From Methylomonas defluvii (GTDB lineage: Bacteria; Pseudomonadota; Gammaproteobacteria; Methylococcales; Methylomonadaceae): a stretch of 40,000 nucleotides of DNA. Location of the stretch: NCBI RefSeq assembly GCF_033949435.1, contig NZ_JAXARY010000002.1, positions 257,119 through 297,118 on the forward strand, read 5' to 3'. Every line of letters starts with the position of its first letter. Within the stretch, counting starts at the first letter, position 1. The notes beneath the pieces were generated by a model. That model was not told the origin of the DNA and did not search any database. It was given only the letters and a program-made list of their open reading frames with translations. Both the position numbers and the translations under genes were made by a program. Below, one piece after another: positions 25,316 through 37,264 of this stretch.

Positions 25316-27430
25316 ATGACTCAAAATAATTCTTCCGTCACCGAACTGTTTCCCGGGTTTTCAGACGCCGATAGCTTACAGATAAGCCACGCGCTGAAGC
25401 TGGTCGAGCAACTTTCGGCAAACTGCAAGGACACTCTCCGCCCCAAAGGCGTCGATGTCGCCTCGATTTTAATGAGTGTGCATATCGATCTGGAAACTAT
25501 TCTGGCGGCGCTGCTCAGTGATTCACGTGTTGCCGGGAAACTCAGCGACTCGACAATACGCGAGCAATTCGGACCGGTAGTCGCCGACTTAGTTAAAGAC
25601 GTGAGCTGGTTGAATAATGTCAGCATTTACAGTACCGACATGGCAAACCAGCCCAATCAAGCTGAGATATTGCGACGCATGCTGCTGGCAATGACCCATG
25701 ACGTGCGGGCGGTGCTGATTAAATTGGCTTTTCGCATTCAGCGGCTGCGCGGACTCCAACACGAGCAAGAAAATATCCGCCGCTTCATTGCCAGGGAAAC
25801 CCTGGATATTTATGCGCCGCTCGCCAATCGCCTGGGTATTAATCAATTCAAATGGGAATTGGAAGACCTGGCGTTTCGTTATGCCGATCCTGAGCATTAC
25901 CGCTTTGTCACCGACTCATTGGCTGTCAATCGGGAACAACGCCAAGCCTTTATTGAGCGGTTTTTAGCGGCACTTCAAGACCGTTTAAACCAGGAAGGCA
26001 TACAGGCCAAGGTCTACGGTAGGCCCAAGCATATCTATAGCATCTGGAACAAGATGCGCCGCAAGCAACTGGCGATAAACGAACTGTACGACTTATTGGC
26101 AGTGCGCGTGGTGGTGGACAGTTTGTCGGCCTGCTACATGGTGCTAGGCTTGGCGCACAGCCATTGGCAGCATATTCCGCGGGAATTCGACGATTACATC
26201 GCCAACCCTAAGGAAAACGGCTATCAGTCCCTGCATACCGTAGTTTTGGATGAAGACGGCAACCGTATCGAAATTCAAATCCGTACCAAAGCCATGCACG
26301 ACTTTGCAGAGCTGGGTGTGGCGGCGCACTGGCGTTATAAAGAGGGCAGCAAGTTCAACGCCGCCACCGAGAAGAACATCGCCTCGCTCCGACAACTGCT
26401 GGAAGACAAAGATAACACTGACGGCTTGCTGGAAAACTTTCATACCGAGCTGTTCTCCGACCGGGTATTCGTGCTGACGCCTGCCGGCAAATTGATCGAC
26501 CTGGTCAAGGGCGCTACGCCACTGGATTTTGCTTATGCGATCCATACCGAGGTGGGTCACAGTTGCCGCGGCGCAAAAGTTAACGGCCAGATCAAGCCCT
26601 TGACTTACAAGCTGTGCTCTGGGGAGCAGGTGGAAATCATCACCGTTAAAAACGGTCAACCCAATCACAACTGGCTGAATCCCAATCTCGGTTACCTAAA
26701 AACCCCGCGAGCCATCAGCAAGGTAAAAAGCTGGTTCAAACAACAGCAGCAGGCCGAAAATATTGCGGCCGGCAAATTGCTGCTGGATAAGGAAAGCAAG
26801 CGGCTAGGCTTGAAAACCGTCGATATCAACGAATTGTTAAGGCATTTTAAATTCGCGGATACAGAACATTTTTATGAAGCGCTAGGCCACGGCGACATCA
26901 ACAACCGGCAATTGGCCGGCGCGTTGAAAATTCCGGAATTGGAACCAACACCGATCAAATTGGTGCCTAGCAAATCCTCTACGCAATCAGCGATTACTAT
27001 CGATGACATTGATAATGTAGTGACCACGCTGGCCCATTGCTGCTCGCCGGTAAAGGGTGACGAGATTATCGGCTTTATCTCGCATAAACGCGGTATCACT
27101 ATTCATCGCCGCGACTGCGAGAATATTCGGCATCTATCGCCCGAGCAGCAATTGCAATTGTTGAAAGCCGATTGGAGTGGTCAACAAACTGTACATCACA
27201 GCGTACCGATTTTGATTCATGCCTTTAACGCGCAAAATTTGCTGAACGACGTTTCTCAGGTATTAGCCGCCGGGAAAGTACATATCAGCAACGCCTCGTT
27301 GAAGACCCACGACGATTTGTCCGCGATTCTGAATATGACAATTCAAATCGAAAATACCGAGCAACTTAGTTTGGTGCTGGCACGTATCAGCCATTTGCCA
27401 AATATTATTGAAGTGAGAAGGAAAGTCTGA
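25316..27430 (+). CDS. relA: GTP pyrophosphokinase, RelA-type (p)ppGpp synthetase
   Basis: It has the RelA/SpoT synthetase core (YGRPKHIYSIWNKM, GYQSLHTVV, EIQIRT) plus TGS and ACT-like C-terminal domains. The N-terminal HD hydrolase motif is not evident. Confidence 0.9.
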   Translation: MTQNNSSVTELFPGFSDADSLQISHALKLVEQLSANCKDTLRPKGVDVASILMSVHIDLETILAALLSDSRVAGKLSDSTIREQFGPVVADLVKDVSWLNNVSIYSTDMANQPNQAEILRRMLLAMTHDVRAVLIKLAFRIQRLRGLQHEQENIRRFIARETLDIYAPLANRLGINQFKWELEDLAFRYADPEHYRFVTDSLAVNREQRQAFIERFLAALQDRLNQEGIQAKVYGRPKHIYSIWNKMRRKQLAINELYDLLAVRVVVDSLSACYMVLGLAHSHWQHIPREFDDYIANPKENGYQSLHTVVLDEDGNRIEIQIRTKAMHDFAELGVAAHWRYKEGSKFNAATEKNIASLRQLLEDKDNTDGLLENFHTELFSDRVFVLTPAGKLIDLVKGATPLDFAYAIHTEVGHSCRGAKVNGQIKPLTYKLCSGEQVEIITVKNGQPNHNWLNPNLGYLKTPRAISKVKSWFKQQQQAENIAAGKLLLDKESKRLGLKTVDINELLRHFKFADTEHFYEALGHGDINNRQLAGALKIPELEPTPIKLVPSKSSTQSAITIDDIDNVVTTLAHCCSPVKGDEIIGFISHKRGITIHRRDCENIRHLSPEQQLQLLKADWSGQQTVHHSVPILIHAFNAQNLLNDVSQVLAAGKVHISNASLKTHDDLSAILNMTIQIENTEQLSLVLARISHLPNIIEVRRKV

Positions 27431-27532
27431 CGCGCCCTGTATCAGCACTAATTCAACTATCCGGGAGACTTTTTTAGCGGCTCGGCAGAGGATTCATGCT
27501 AACATAGGCGTTTTAAATTTAGAGCTTTGACT

Positions 27533-27751
27533 ATGGCAAAAGAAGATCAGATTGAAATGGATGGCAAGGTTATCGATACCCTGCCCAACACTATGTTTCG
27601 CGTCGAATTGGAAAATGGTCACATCGTTACCGCCCACATCTCCGGCAAAATGCGCAAACACTACATCCGCATCCTGACTGGCGATAAAGTCCGCGTAGAA
27701 ATGACACCTTACGACTTGACCAAAGGCCGGATTACTTTCCGCAATCGCTAA
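27533..27751 (+). CDS. infA: Translation initiation factor IF-1
   Basis: The sequence [30 protein letters not shown]...ITFR is near-canonical IF-1. The ATG at 27533 is preferred to the TTG at 27527. Confidence 0.97.
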   Translation: MAKEDQIEMDGKVIDTLPNTMFRVELENGHIVTAHISGKMRKHYIRILTGDKVRVEMTPYDLTKGRITFRNR

Positions 27752-27760
27752 CCCTCCCCC

Positions 27761-27779
27761 GGGAAAGCGATTGCTTCCC
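27761..27779. terminator. Weak hairpin between convergent infA and clpA
   Basis: The hairpin is GGGAAAGC-gatt-GCTTCCC (one bulge). The T-run is poor. Confidence 0.3.
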
Positions 27780-27784
27780 TCGCT

Positions 27785-30061
27785 TTATACGACTTGATTC
27801 AATTCCGAAACGATTAGTTGTTTGCTCTCGATGGCAAAAGCCAACGCATCGTTCTCGACATGCACTCGCACGTGACCGCCATTCGCTAAACGACCGAACA
27901 ATAAATCTTCTGCCAGCGGTTTTTTGATCTTTTCCTGAATCAATCGCGCCATCGGCCGCGCACCCATTTTTGGATCGCAACCATGTTCGGCCAGCCACGC
28001 TCTCGCCGCAGGCTCTAAAGTCAATGTGACATTTTTGTCCGCCAATATGGCTTCCAGCTCGAAAATAAACTTATCGACAACACTACCCACCACCGCCAAA
28101 TCCAGCGGTTTGAATTGCACAATCGCGTCCAGACGATTCCGGAATTCCGGCGAAAACCCTCGCTCGATCACTTTCATACTATCGGAAGCATGATTTTGCT
28201 GGGTAAAGCCGATAGATGCCCGGCTGCTTTCTTCCGCGCCGGCATTGGTCGTCATGATCAAAATGATATTTCTAAAATCCGCTTTGCGACCGTTGTTGTC
28301 GGTCAATGTGCCGTGATCCATAACCTGTAGTAACAGGTTGAACACATCCGGGTGCGCTTTTTCCAACTCGTCCAGCAACAACACGGCATGGGGATGTTTG
28401 GTCACCGCTTCGGTCAGCAATCCGCCCTGATCGAACCCGACATACCCCGGAGGCGCGCCGATCAAGCGTGATACAGTATGCCGCTCCATGTACTCAGACA
28501 TATCGAAGCGAATCAACTCTATGCCCAATACTTTGGCTAGCTGCCGAGTCACTTCGGTTTTACCGACACCGGTAGGACCGGCAAACAGGAACGAACCGAT
28601 CGTTTTAGTGGTATCGCGCAAACCCGCTCGCGATAGCTTAATTGCCGACGCCAGCTCTGAAATGGCTTCGTCTTGGCCAAACACCAGCATCTTCAGGTTT
28701 TTTTCCAAGCTCGACAATTTATCAATGTCGTTTGACGATACCGATTGTGCCGGAACCCTGGCAATTTTGGCGACGATTTCTTCTATCTCGGCAGTATCGA
28801 TCAGATCCTTGCGATCAATACCGGCAAACAACCGCTGCCTGGCCCCGGCTTCGTCGATCACATCAATGGCTTTGTCAGGCAAATGCCTGTCTGTGATATA
28901 GCGCGCTGATAATTCCACCGCCAGTCGCAATGCTTCTTGGGTGTATTTCAGGCCATGATGCTCTTCAAAGCGCGACTTCAAGCCCTTCAAGATTAATACA
29001 GTATCTTCTATCGATGGCTCTATCACATCGATTTTCTGGAAGCGCCGAGCCAGAGCGTGGTCTTTTTCGAAAATACCCCGATATTCTTGATACGTAGTGG
29101 ACCCAATACAACGCAATTGTCCGGATGCCAACACCGGTTTGATCAAGTTAGAGGCATCCATCACCCCACCGGAAGCGGAACCCGCACCAATAATGGTATG
29201 AATTTCGTCAATAAATAAAATCGAGTCCGGTTCTTTTTTTAGTTGGCTAATTAAAGCCTTGAGTCGTTTTTCAAAGTCACCGCGATACTTGGTACCGGCC
29301 ACCAGTGCGCCCATATCTAGTGAATAAATCACACTATTCAACAAAATATCCGGCACTTGTTCTTCAACAATTCGTTTCGCCAAACCTTCGGCTATAGCGG
29401 TTTTACCGACACCAGCCTCCCCTACCAATAGCGGATTATTTTTGCGGCGGCGGCAAAGCACCTGAATGGTTCTTTCCACTTCCAGCTCGCGGCCGATTAA
29501 AGGATCGATGTTGCCTTTCAGGGCTTCTTCGTTCAAGTTGGTTGCGTATTTTTCCAATGGGCTGGACAAAGCTTCATTGCTGCCGCGCTCGGATTCTGAT
29601 TCTTCGTTATTTTCTTTTCTGAACTGCTCGATTTTGGAAACCCCGTGCGCCAAATAATTCACCACATCCAGACGGGTGATGTCTTGCTTGTTCAACAGAT
29701 AAACAGCGTGCGAATCCTGCTCACTAAACAAGGCTACAAATAAATTAGCGCCGGTGACTTCTTTTTTGTCGGAAGCCTGGACATGAAATACGGCGCGCTG
29801 TAAAACACGCTGAAAACCCAAAGTGGGTTGCGTTTCGCGCTGTATGCCTTCCGGAATCAAGGAAATGGTTTCATCTATAAATCGGGTTAGTTCGGCCCGC
29901 AGTGCATTAACATTGCAGCCGCAAGCGATCAAAATCGGTATCGTCGTGACATTGTCCAACAAGGCCAGCAACAAATGCTCGACCGTGATGAATTCGTGTC
30001 TTTTGGCATGAGCTCCGGTAAAAGCAGCATTCAATGTCACTTCAAGTTCTTTACTTAGCAT
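27785..30061 (-). CDS. clpA: ATP-dependent Clp protease ATP-binding subunit ClpA
   Basis: The length is 758 aa with two AAA+ modules (GEAGVGKT and GPTGVGKT). It lies downstream of clpS. Confidence 0.97.
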   Translation of the reverse strand: MLSKELEVTLNAAFTGAHAKRHEFITVEHLLLALLDNVTTIPILIACGCNVNALRAELTRFIDETISLIPEGIQRETQPTLGFQRVLQRAVFHVQASDKKEVTGANLFVALFSEQDSHAVYLLNKQDITRLDVVNYLAHGVSKIEQFRKENNEESESERGSNEALSSPLEKYATNLNEEALKGNIDPLIGRELEVERTIQVLCRRRKNNPLLVGEAGVGKTAIAEGLAKRIVEEQVPDILLNSVIYSLDMGALVAGTKYRGDFEKRLKALISQLKKEPDSILFIDEIHTIIGAGSASGGVMDASNLIKPVLASGQLRCIGSTTYQEYRGIFEKDHALARRFQKIDVIEPSIEDTVLILKGLKSRFEEHHGLKYTQEALRLAVELSARYITDRHLPDKAIDVIDEAGARQRLFAGIDRKDLIDTAEIEEIVAKIARVPAQSVSSNDIDKLSSLEKNLKMLVFGQDEAISELASAIKLSRAGLRDTTKTIGSFLFAGPTGVGKTEVTRQLAKVLGIELIRFDMSEYMERHTVSRLIGAPPGYVGFDQGGLLTEAVTKHPHAVLLLDELEKAHPDVFNLLLQVMDHGTLTDNNGRKADFRNIILIMTTNAGAEESSRASIGFTQQNHASDSMKVIERGFSPEFRNRLDAIVQFKPLDLAVVGSVVDKFIFELEAILADKNVTLTLEPAARAWLAEHGCDPKMGARPMARLIQEKIKKPLAEDLLFGRLANGGHVRVHVENDALAFAIESKQLIVSELNQVV

Positions 30062-30070
30062 GGTTACCCC

Positions 30071-30394
30071 TCACGCCTCTTCCATCGTGCACATCAGCGG
30101 GTGATGGTGCTCACGGGAATATTCATTAACAATATGTACTTTGGTTTCAGCCACGTCTTTGGTGTAGGTACCACAAACGCCGACACCCTGCGTATGCACT
30201 TGCAACATCACCTGCGTTGCTTTCTCTTGGCTCATGTTAAAAAAATCAGTCAATATCTCGACGACAAAATCCATCGGCGTAAAGTCGTCATTAAGCAACA
30301 TAACCTTATATAGTGGCGGTCTTTTCAGCTGCGGCTTGGCTTCTTGCAGCGCGGTGTTACCGTCACCATCTTTCAAGGGTTCAAAATCTGACAT
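30071..30394 (-). CDS. clpS: Clp protease adaptor ClpS
   Basis: The sequence [20 protein letters not shown]...VH..G...CG is the ClpS core. Confidence 0.95.
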   Translation of the reverse strand: MSDFEPLKDGDGNTALQEAKPQLKRPPLYKVMLLNDDFTPMDFVVEILTDFFNMSQEKATQVMLQVHTQGVGVCGTYTKDVAETKVHIVNEYSREHHHPLMCTMEEA

Positions 30395-30519
30395 AATCTT
30401 TGGTGCTGTGAATCATTGTGGTCTTAAAAATAGCGTCTTAAACATTAAATTTCAATCTTTAGGCACATAAAAAACATTTCTAGTAAAATGCGCGCCTTTT
30501 ACCGTTTTCTATCAATATC

Positions 30520-30975
30520 ATGGTTTGGAAACCTCACGTCACCGTCGCCGCCGTGATCGAAAAAGACGGTCGCTTTCTGCTGGTTGAGGAGACAACGGCA
30601 CGAGGCCTTGCGTTCAATCAGCCCGCTGGTCATTTGGAAGAAGGTGAAGATTTAATCAGTGCCGTCAAACGCGAAGTTTGCGAGGAAACAGCTTGGCAAT
30701 TTGAACCGGAGGCATTAATCGCCACACAGTTATGGCGCAGAAATCCGCATATGCCCAGCTTTGTTCGCTTCTGTTTTTCCGGCACAGTCAACAACCACAA
30801 TCCAGAACAAGCTCTCGACGACGGCATTATCGACACTCACTGGTTAAGCCGCAATGAAATTTACGCAAAACGCCAGCAATTGCGCAGCCCTTTGGTATTG
30901 ACCACTGTGGACGAATACCTGAAAGGTCACCGCTACCCGCTTAGCATCTTACAGTCTTTTATCGATTTAGAATGA
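30520..30975 (+). CDS. NUDIX hydrolase (NudJ-like)
   Basis: It has the Nudix box [22 protein letters not shown] and a 4-nt overlap with mnmA. Confidence 0.85.
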   Translation: MVWKPHVTVAAVIEKDGRFLLVEETTARGLAFNQPAGHLEEGEDLISAVKREVCEETAWQFEPEALIATQLWRRNPHMPSFVRFCFSGTVNNHNPEQALDDGIIDTHWLSRNEIYAKRQQLRSPLVLTTVDEYLKGHRYPLSILQSFIDLE

Positions 30976-32072
30976 GCAAACACATCATCGTCGGCATGTC
31001 CGGCGGCGTCGATTCTTCCGTTACCGCTCTAGCCCTGCAAGAACAAGGCCATAAGGTCACCGGCTTGTTCATGAAAAATTGGGAGGAAGACGACGGCACC
31101 GAATATTGCACCGCGATGCAAGACTTGGCCGACGCACAGCAGGTTTGCGACAAACTCGGCATAGAGCTTAAGACCGTCAACTTCGCCTCTGAATATTGGG
31201 ACGAGGTATTTGAAGTGTTTTTGTCGGAGTTTAAGGCCGGCCGCACTCCCAATCCCGACATACTTTGTAACAAACACGTCAAATTCAAAGCGTTTCTGGA
31301 TTACGCCATCGAAGACTTGGGCGCCGAATATATTGCCACCGGCCACTATGCCCGTGTTCGCGAACAAGACGGCGAATTCCAGTTATTAAAAGGCTTGGAT
31401 CCCAACAAAGAGCAAAGCTATTTTCTCTACGCAATGGGGCAGAAAGCCTTGTCTCGTACCCTGTTTCCAATAGGCCACCTGCACAAGCCGGAAATCCGCG
31501 CAATGGCCGACAGAGCCGGCTTTGCCAACAGCCGGAAGAAAGACAGCACCGGCATTTGCTTCATCGGCGAACGCAAATTCAAGGAATTTCTGCAACGCTA
31601 TTTGCCGCACCAACCTGGTGAAATGCGCACCCCGGAAGGGCAATATATCGGCAAGCATCATGGCTTGATGTATTACACGCTGGGCCAGCGCCAAGGTTTA
31701 GGGATTGGCGGCGTCAAGGACGCGCCGGACGAACCTTGGTTCGTGCTGGACAAAGACCTGGACAATAACGTGCTGATTGTCGGCCAGGGCCACAACCACC
31801 CGTTAATGCTGCACAACACCCTGGAAGCCGGCCAACTAGACTGGTGCGGCAGCCAGCCTTTGACTGAAAATATTCGTTGCGCCGCCAAGACCCGCTACCG
31901 CCAAGCCGACCAGGGATGCATAGTCGAACCAATCGACGGCGGCAGCCGCGTCAAAGTCCGCTTCGACGAACAACAACGAGCGATTACGCCGGGGCAGTCG
32001 GTGGTGTTTTATCAGGGCGAGGTTTGTTTGGGCGGGGGGATTATTGAGTGTAAATATAATGAACCGGATTGA
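30972..32072 (+). CDS. mnmA: tRNA 2-thiouridine(34) synthase MnmA
   Basis: It has the PP-loop [11 protein letters not shown], the segment NPDILCN, and full-length colinearity with MnmA. Confidence 0.95.
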   Translation: MSKHIIVGMSGGVDSSVTALALQEQGHKVTGLFMKNWEEDDGTEYCTAMQDLADAQQVCDKLGIELKTVNFASEYWDEVFEVFLSEFKAGRTPNPDILCNKHVKFKAFLDYAIEDLGAEYIATGHYARVREQDGEFQLLKGLDPNKEQSYFLYAMGQKALSRTLFPIGHLHKPEIRAMADRAGFANSRKKDSTGICFIGERKFKEFLQRYLPHQPGEMRTPEGQYIGKHHGLMYYTLGQRQGLGIGGVKDAPDEPWFVLDKDLDNNVLIVGQGHNHPLMLHNTLEAGQLDWCGSQPLTENIRCAAKTRYRQADQGCIVEPIDGGSRVKVRFDEQQRAITPGQSVVFYQGEVCLGGGIIECKYNEPD

Positions 32073-32316
32073 ATGGCAGCCCAAAGCGGTCAAACAACTG
32101 CGTAAAATTGCCGACAAAAGATTGCGCGAACATGTTTACGATTCGGCTCAGATTTTGAAAGACTTTCCTGAGTGCGCCAATATCAAAAAATTGACCAAAC
32201 ATGAATACAGCTACCGTTTGCGCGTGGGTGCTTATCGGGTATTCTTTGAGTTTGACGGCATCGTCAAGGTTGTTTCCATTGAAGAGGTGAAAAAACGCGA
32301 TGAGCGCACATACTAA
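32059..32316 (+). CDS. RelE/ParE-superfamily toxin (HigB-like gene order)
   Basis: The sequence is [17 protein letters not shown]...[27 protein letters not shown]. The start lies inside the last 14 nt of mnmA. The toxin gene precedes the antitoxin gene. Confidence 0.8.
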   Translation: MNRIEWQPKAVKQLRKIADKRLREHVYDSAQILKDFPECANIKKLTKHEYSYRLRVGAYRVFFEFDGIVKVVSIEEVKKRDERTY

Positions 32317-32629
32317 TATTCAAATTATCAATGGTCTCGACGGCAACCCGGCTTTTGTGGTGATTCCTTATGCCGACTATCTAAAAGAACACTCGGTTGA
32401 CAATGCCACTATTCCTAACGAAGTGGTCGGCGCCGTTATTAAACAAGACATTACGCCCATTAAAGCTTGGCGGGAATATTTGCATTTATCGACAGCCGAG
32501 CTAGCCACACGCTTAGGCGTTTCTGAAGCGGAATATATTGATATAGAAAATCAAGAAAAACCTCATAAACAATTGCTAAAAAAAATGGCAGCCGCGCTAA
32601 ACATTAAGATTGATCAATTAAATTTTTGA
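32300..32629 (+). CDS. HTH (XRE-type) antitoxin
   Basis: It has a C-terminal helix-turn-helix (LSTAELATRLGVSEAEYIDIE) and overlaps the toxin gene by 17 nt. Confidence 0.75.
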   Translation: MSAHTNIQIINGLDGNPAFVVIPYADYLKEHSVDNATIPNEVVGAVIKQDITPIKAWREYLHLSTAELATRLGVSEAEYIDIENQEKPHKQLLKKMAAALNIKIDQLNF

Positions 32630-32693
32630 TAAAAACATTTTTCTCGTCTTTTCAGTGCAGCGCCTAAAATCAAATATACAACAAGAGTAAAAA

Positions 32694-33860
32694 ATGCTAA
32701 CCAATTTACGCATTAAAAATTTCCGCATGTTAGAGGATTTGGAAATTCCAAAGCTTGGCCGCGTAAATTTAATTGTTGGAAAAAACAATAGCGGAAAAAG
32801 CACGATTTTGGAGGCATTAAGAATATATGCAGGAAAAGCCCACCCTGAACTACTGGGAAATATTATAATAGATCATGATGAGTCATTCAAACTAGACCAG
32901 GAAGACAGACCCACCGACACCAACACCCTTTATGGCCTAAAGAATCTATTTCCTGGTAGAGTATTTCCAACAGATGACAATAACTTCATACAGATAGAAT
33001 CAAATTCAAACTTAGTTAAAATTGAATACGTATTTTATTATATGGAAGAATTTGTTACAAAATCTGAAGATGGATTAACCACGGAAACCACACAAAGAAA
33101 AGTAGTCGTAAAAAAATCCAACCTATCCAACAATGACAAAAAATTCCCTGCTATCCCCGCCATCCGAATTGGACGAAACACATTAATTGAATTAAATGTA
33201 GATCCTAAATTATCAAGCCTACATCCTCACTTATTCTGGAATATTGATAACCGTGAAACACTAAAATTCAGCTTAGTTTCAACAAACTTTATAACACCCG
33301 AGAAACTTGCCCAACTTTGGGATAAAATTGCTGCAAGTTCTAGCGAAGAAATTGTTTATCGTGCACTACAAATAGTTGACCCAACCATAGAAAAGCTCGC
33401 TTTTATCAATGGAAATACCGATTCCTCTTTACAAAACGAGAAAAATTTTAGACGAATAGCCATTGTCAAACTCAAAAACTCGGAGATTCGTGCCCCTCTT
33501 AACAGCATGGGAGACGGCATGACCCGTATTTTGCAACTGATACTTTCTGTATTTCCCGCAAAGGATGGAATTTTATTAATTGACGAATTCGAAAACGGCC
33601 TGCACTACAGTGTTCAAGAAGAAGTCTGGCGCATCATTTTCCAATTAGCGAAAGAGCTCAATATTCAAGTCTTTGCAACAACACATAGCTGGGATTGCAT
33701 CGAGAGTTTTACTAAAGCAGCAGTTGAAAGCCCGGAAGAAGGCGTTTTGCTGAAAGTATCCAGAAGCAAACTCACCAGCGATCATGGAAAAGTAATCGCT
33801 ACCGTTTACGATGAGACCGAGTTAGAAACGATAACCGCATCAGAGCTTGAGATTAGATAG
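32694..33860 (+). CDS. ABC/OLD-type AAA ATPase (388 aa)
   Basis: It has Walker A GKNNSGKST (K35), signature-like NSMGDGMTRIL, Walker B/D-loop ILLIDEFENGLH and H-loop ATTHS. The N-terminus LRIKNFRMLEDLEI is typical of AAA_15/AAA_21 conflict-system ATPases. Confidence 0.85.
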   Translation: MLTNLRIKNFRMLEDLEIPKLGRVNLIVGKNNSGKSTILEALRIYAGKAHPELLGNIIIDHDESFKLDQEDRPTDTNTLYGLKNLFPGRVFPTDDNNFIQIESNSNLVKIEYVFYYMEEFVTKSEDGLTTETTQRKVVVKKSNLSNNDKKFPAIPAIRIGRNTLIELNVDPKLSSLHPHLFWNIDNRETLKFSLVSTNFITPEKLAQLWDKIAASSSEEIVYRALQIVDPTIEKLAFINGNTDSSLQNEKNFRRIAIVKLKNSEIRAPLNSMGDGMTRILQLILSVFPAKDGILLIDEFENGLHYSVQEEVWRIIFQLAKELNIQVFATTHSWDCIESFTKAAVESPEEGVLLKVSRSKLTSDHGKVIATVYDETELETITASELEIR

Positions 33861-34552
33861 TGTCTAAAAAGATATTATTGGTCGAAGGCAATAATGACCG
33901 AGCCTTCTTCAGAGCATTCTGTAAAAAACTCGATCTCAAAGATGTCGATGTGCCAGAAATAACCATCGTCACGCCGAAGGATATAGGCGCACAAAGAAAC
34001 GGCTGGACCAACCTTATTGATCATTTACCAACAGAAATTAAGCGATTACGGAATGGTGATATTGATAAATTAGCGATTGTGATAGACGCAGATTTTGAGC
34101 CCGACAACTATGGTGGAGTTACTTCAAGGCGAAGTTTGATTACCAAGAAAATAAACGATTTTTTACAAAAACAAAATTACGGCCTCTACGAAATATCAGA
34201 TCAGCCTAATTACAAAACAGGCGATATTTTCAAGCACACAAACGGCTTACCTGATATTGGCTTATGGATCATGCCCGATCATCAAAATGACGGAATGATT
34301 GAAAATTTTGTCGAGCAAATGATTTCAGCCAGCGCCGAACAACAATCGCTATTAGCTCACGCAAACTTCTCAATAAATAACTTACCGACCAAGCTATTTA
34401 AAGACATTCATTTGTCGAAAGCCAGAATCTATACATGGCGAGCTTGGCAAAAAGAGCCTGGCATAAGATTGCCGGATGCGTTGTCCGAAAACCTATTAAC
34501 TATCGAAGCCGCTGCTAATTTCAGCAACTGGTTAGTCTCGGTTTTTAAATAA
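33860..34552 (+). CDS. Toprim-like partner protein (230 aa; DUF4276/DUF3226/DUF4435-like)
   Basis: Its GTG start shares one nucleotide with the ATPase stop (TAGTG). It has the N-terminal ILLVEGNND (Toprim Glu, E9) and the IVIDAD DxD motif (D76/D78). Confidence 0.7.
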   Translation: MSKKILLVEGNNDRAFFRAFCKKLDLKDVDVPEITIVTPKDIGAQRNGWTNLIDHLPTEIKRLRNGDIDKLAIVIDADFEPDNYGGVTSRRSLITKKINDFLQKQNYGLYEISDQPNYKTGDIFKHTNGLPDIGLWIMPDHQNDGMIENFVEQMISASAEQQSLLAHANFSINNLPTKLFKDIHLSKARIYTWRAWQKEPGIRLPDALSENLLTIEAAANFSNWLVSVFK

Positions 34553-34571
34553 TTATCCAAATATTTTCTAA

Positions 34572-35942
<1,371 letters not shown>

Positions 35943-35955
35943 ACATTAGGACAGG

Positions 35956-37188
35956 TTGTTGCTGAACTTCATCTGGATATTCTTCTTCCTGACCGCCTTC
36001 GCCACCGCCGCCTTCAAGCTGTTGGTGCTGGGCGATACCCAGGTGTTTTCCGAGTTGATGAATGCGATGTTCAGCCTATCCAAGACCGCGTTCGAGATTT
36101 CGTTGGGGCTTAGCGGCGTGCTGGCCTTATGGCTGGGCATCATGAAAATCGGCGAGCATAGCGGTTTCATCGATTTGTTGACCAAGGCGCTGAATCCATT
36201 GTTCACCCGGCTGATGCCGGAAATACCGAAGGATCATCCGGCGCTCGGGGCGATGGTGATGAATATCGCCGCCAACATGTTGGGGCTGGATAACGCCGCA
36301 ACGCCGATGGGCATCAAGGCGATGCAGGAAATGCAGACCTTGAATCCGCATCCCGACAAAGCCAGCGATGCGCAGATTTTGTTTCTGGTGATCAACACCT
36401 CCTCGGTGACGCTGTTTCCGGTGACGATCTTTGCTTACCGAGCCCAGCTCGGCGCCGCCAATCCCACCGATGTGTTCATCCCGATCCTGGTCGCTACCTA
36501 TATGTCGACGCTGACCGGCTTGCTGGCGGTGGCCGCCGTGCAGAAGATCAATTTGCTGGACAAGGTGGTGATGGCTTATCTGGGCGGCATCACCATCTTG
36601 GTCGGCGGCATACTGGCTTATTTCGCCGGCTTGGATCAGGCAGAAATGCTCAAGCAATCGGCTCTGGTCAGCCATGTGATTTTGTTCGGCCTGGTGGTGT
36701 CGTTCATCGCTGCCGCTGCCTGCAAAGGTCTGAACGCCTACGAATTGTTCGTCGAAGGCGCCAAGCACGGTTTCCAGACCGCGATCACCATCATTCCTTA
36801 TCTGGTGGCGATGCTAGTGGCCTTCGGCGTGTTCCGGGCCAGCGGCGCGTTGGAATTGATCACCGATGGCGTGCGACTATTGGTCAATTTTTTCGGTATC
36901 GACAACCGTTTCATCGACGGCCTGCCGACTGCACTGATGAAACCGTTCAGCGGTAGCGGTGCGCGGGCGATGATGATAGACACCATGCAAACTCAAGGCG
37001 CCGATTCCTTCGCGGGAAGGCTGGCATCGGTGGTGCAAGGCAGTACCGAAACGACTTTTTATGTGTTGGCGGTGTATTTCGGTGCGGTCAACATCAAGCA
37101 GATACGTCACGCTGCCGCCTGCGGCATCGTGGCGGACCTCGGCGGGATTATTTCCGCGATTCTGGTGACTTATTGGTTTTTTGGTTAA
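35956..37188 (+). CDS. Nucleoside-recognition (Gate) domain membrane protein, SpmA/SpmB-like fusion
   Basis: It is polytopic, with the segment ANMLGLDNAATPMGIKAM typical of this family. It uses a TTG start. Confidence 0.75.
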   Translation: MLLNFIWIFFFLTAFATAAFKLLVLGDTQVFSELMNAMFSLSKTAFEISLGLSGVLALWLGIMKIGEHSGFIDLLTKALNPLFTRLMPEIPKDHPALGAMVMNIAANMLGLDNAATPMGIKAMQEMQTLNPHPDKASDAQILFLVINTSSVTLFPVTIFAYRAQLGAANPTDVFIPILVATYMSTLTGLLAVAAVQKINLLDKVVMAYLGGITILVGGILAYFAGLDQAEMLKQSALVSHVILFGLVVSFIAAAACKGLNAYELFVEGAKHGFQTAITIIPYLVAMLVAFGVFRASGALELITDGVRLLVNFFGIDNRFIDGLPTALMKPFSGSGARAMMIDTMQTQGADSFAGRLASVVQGSTETTFYVLAVYFGAVNIKQIRHAAACGIVADLGGIISAILVTYWFFG

Positions 37189-37264
37189 TTTTTTTCAAGT
37201 GGACGGCGCATTACGCAACGCTCATGCGCCCTACACATTATCGATCTAACGTTTTTACAGCAAA

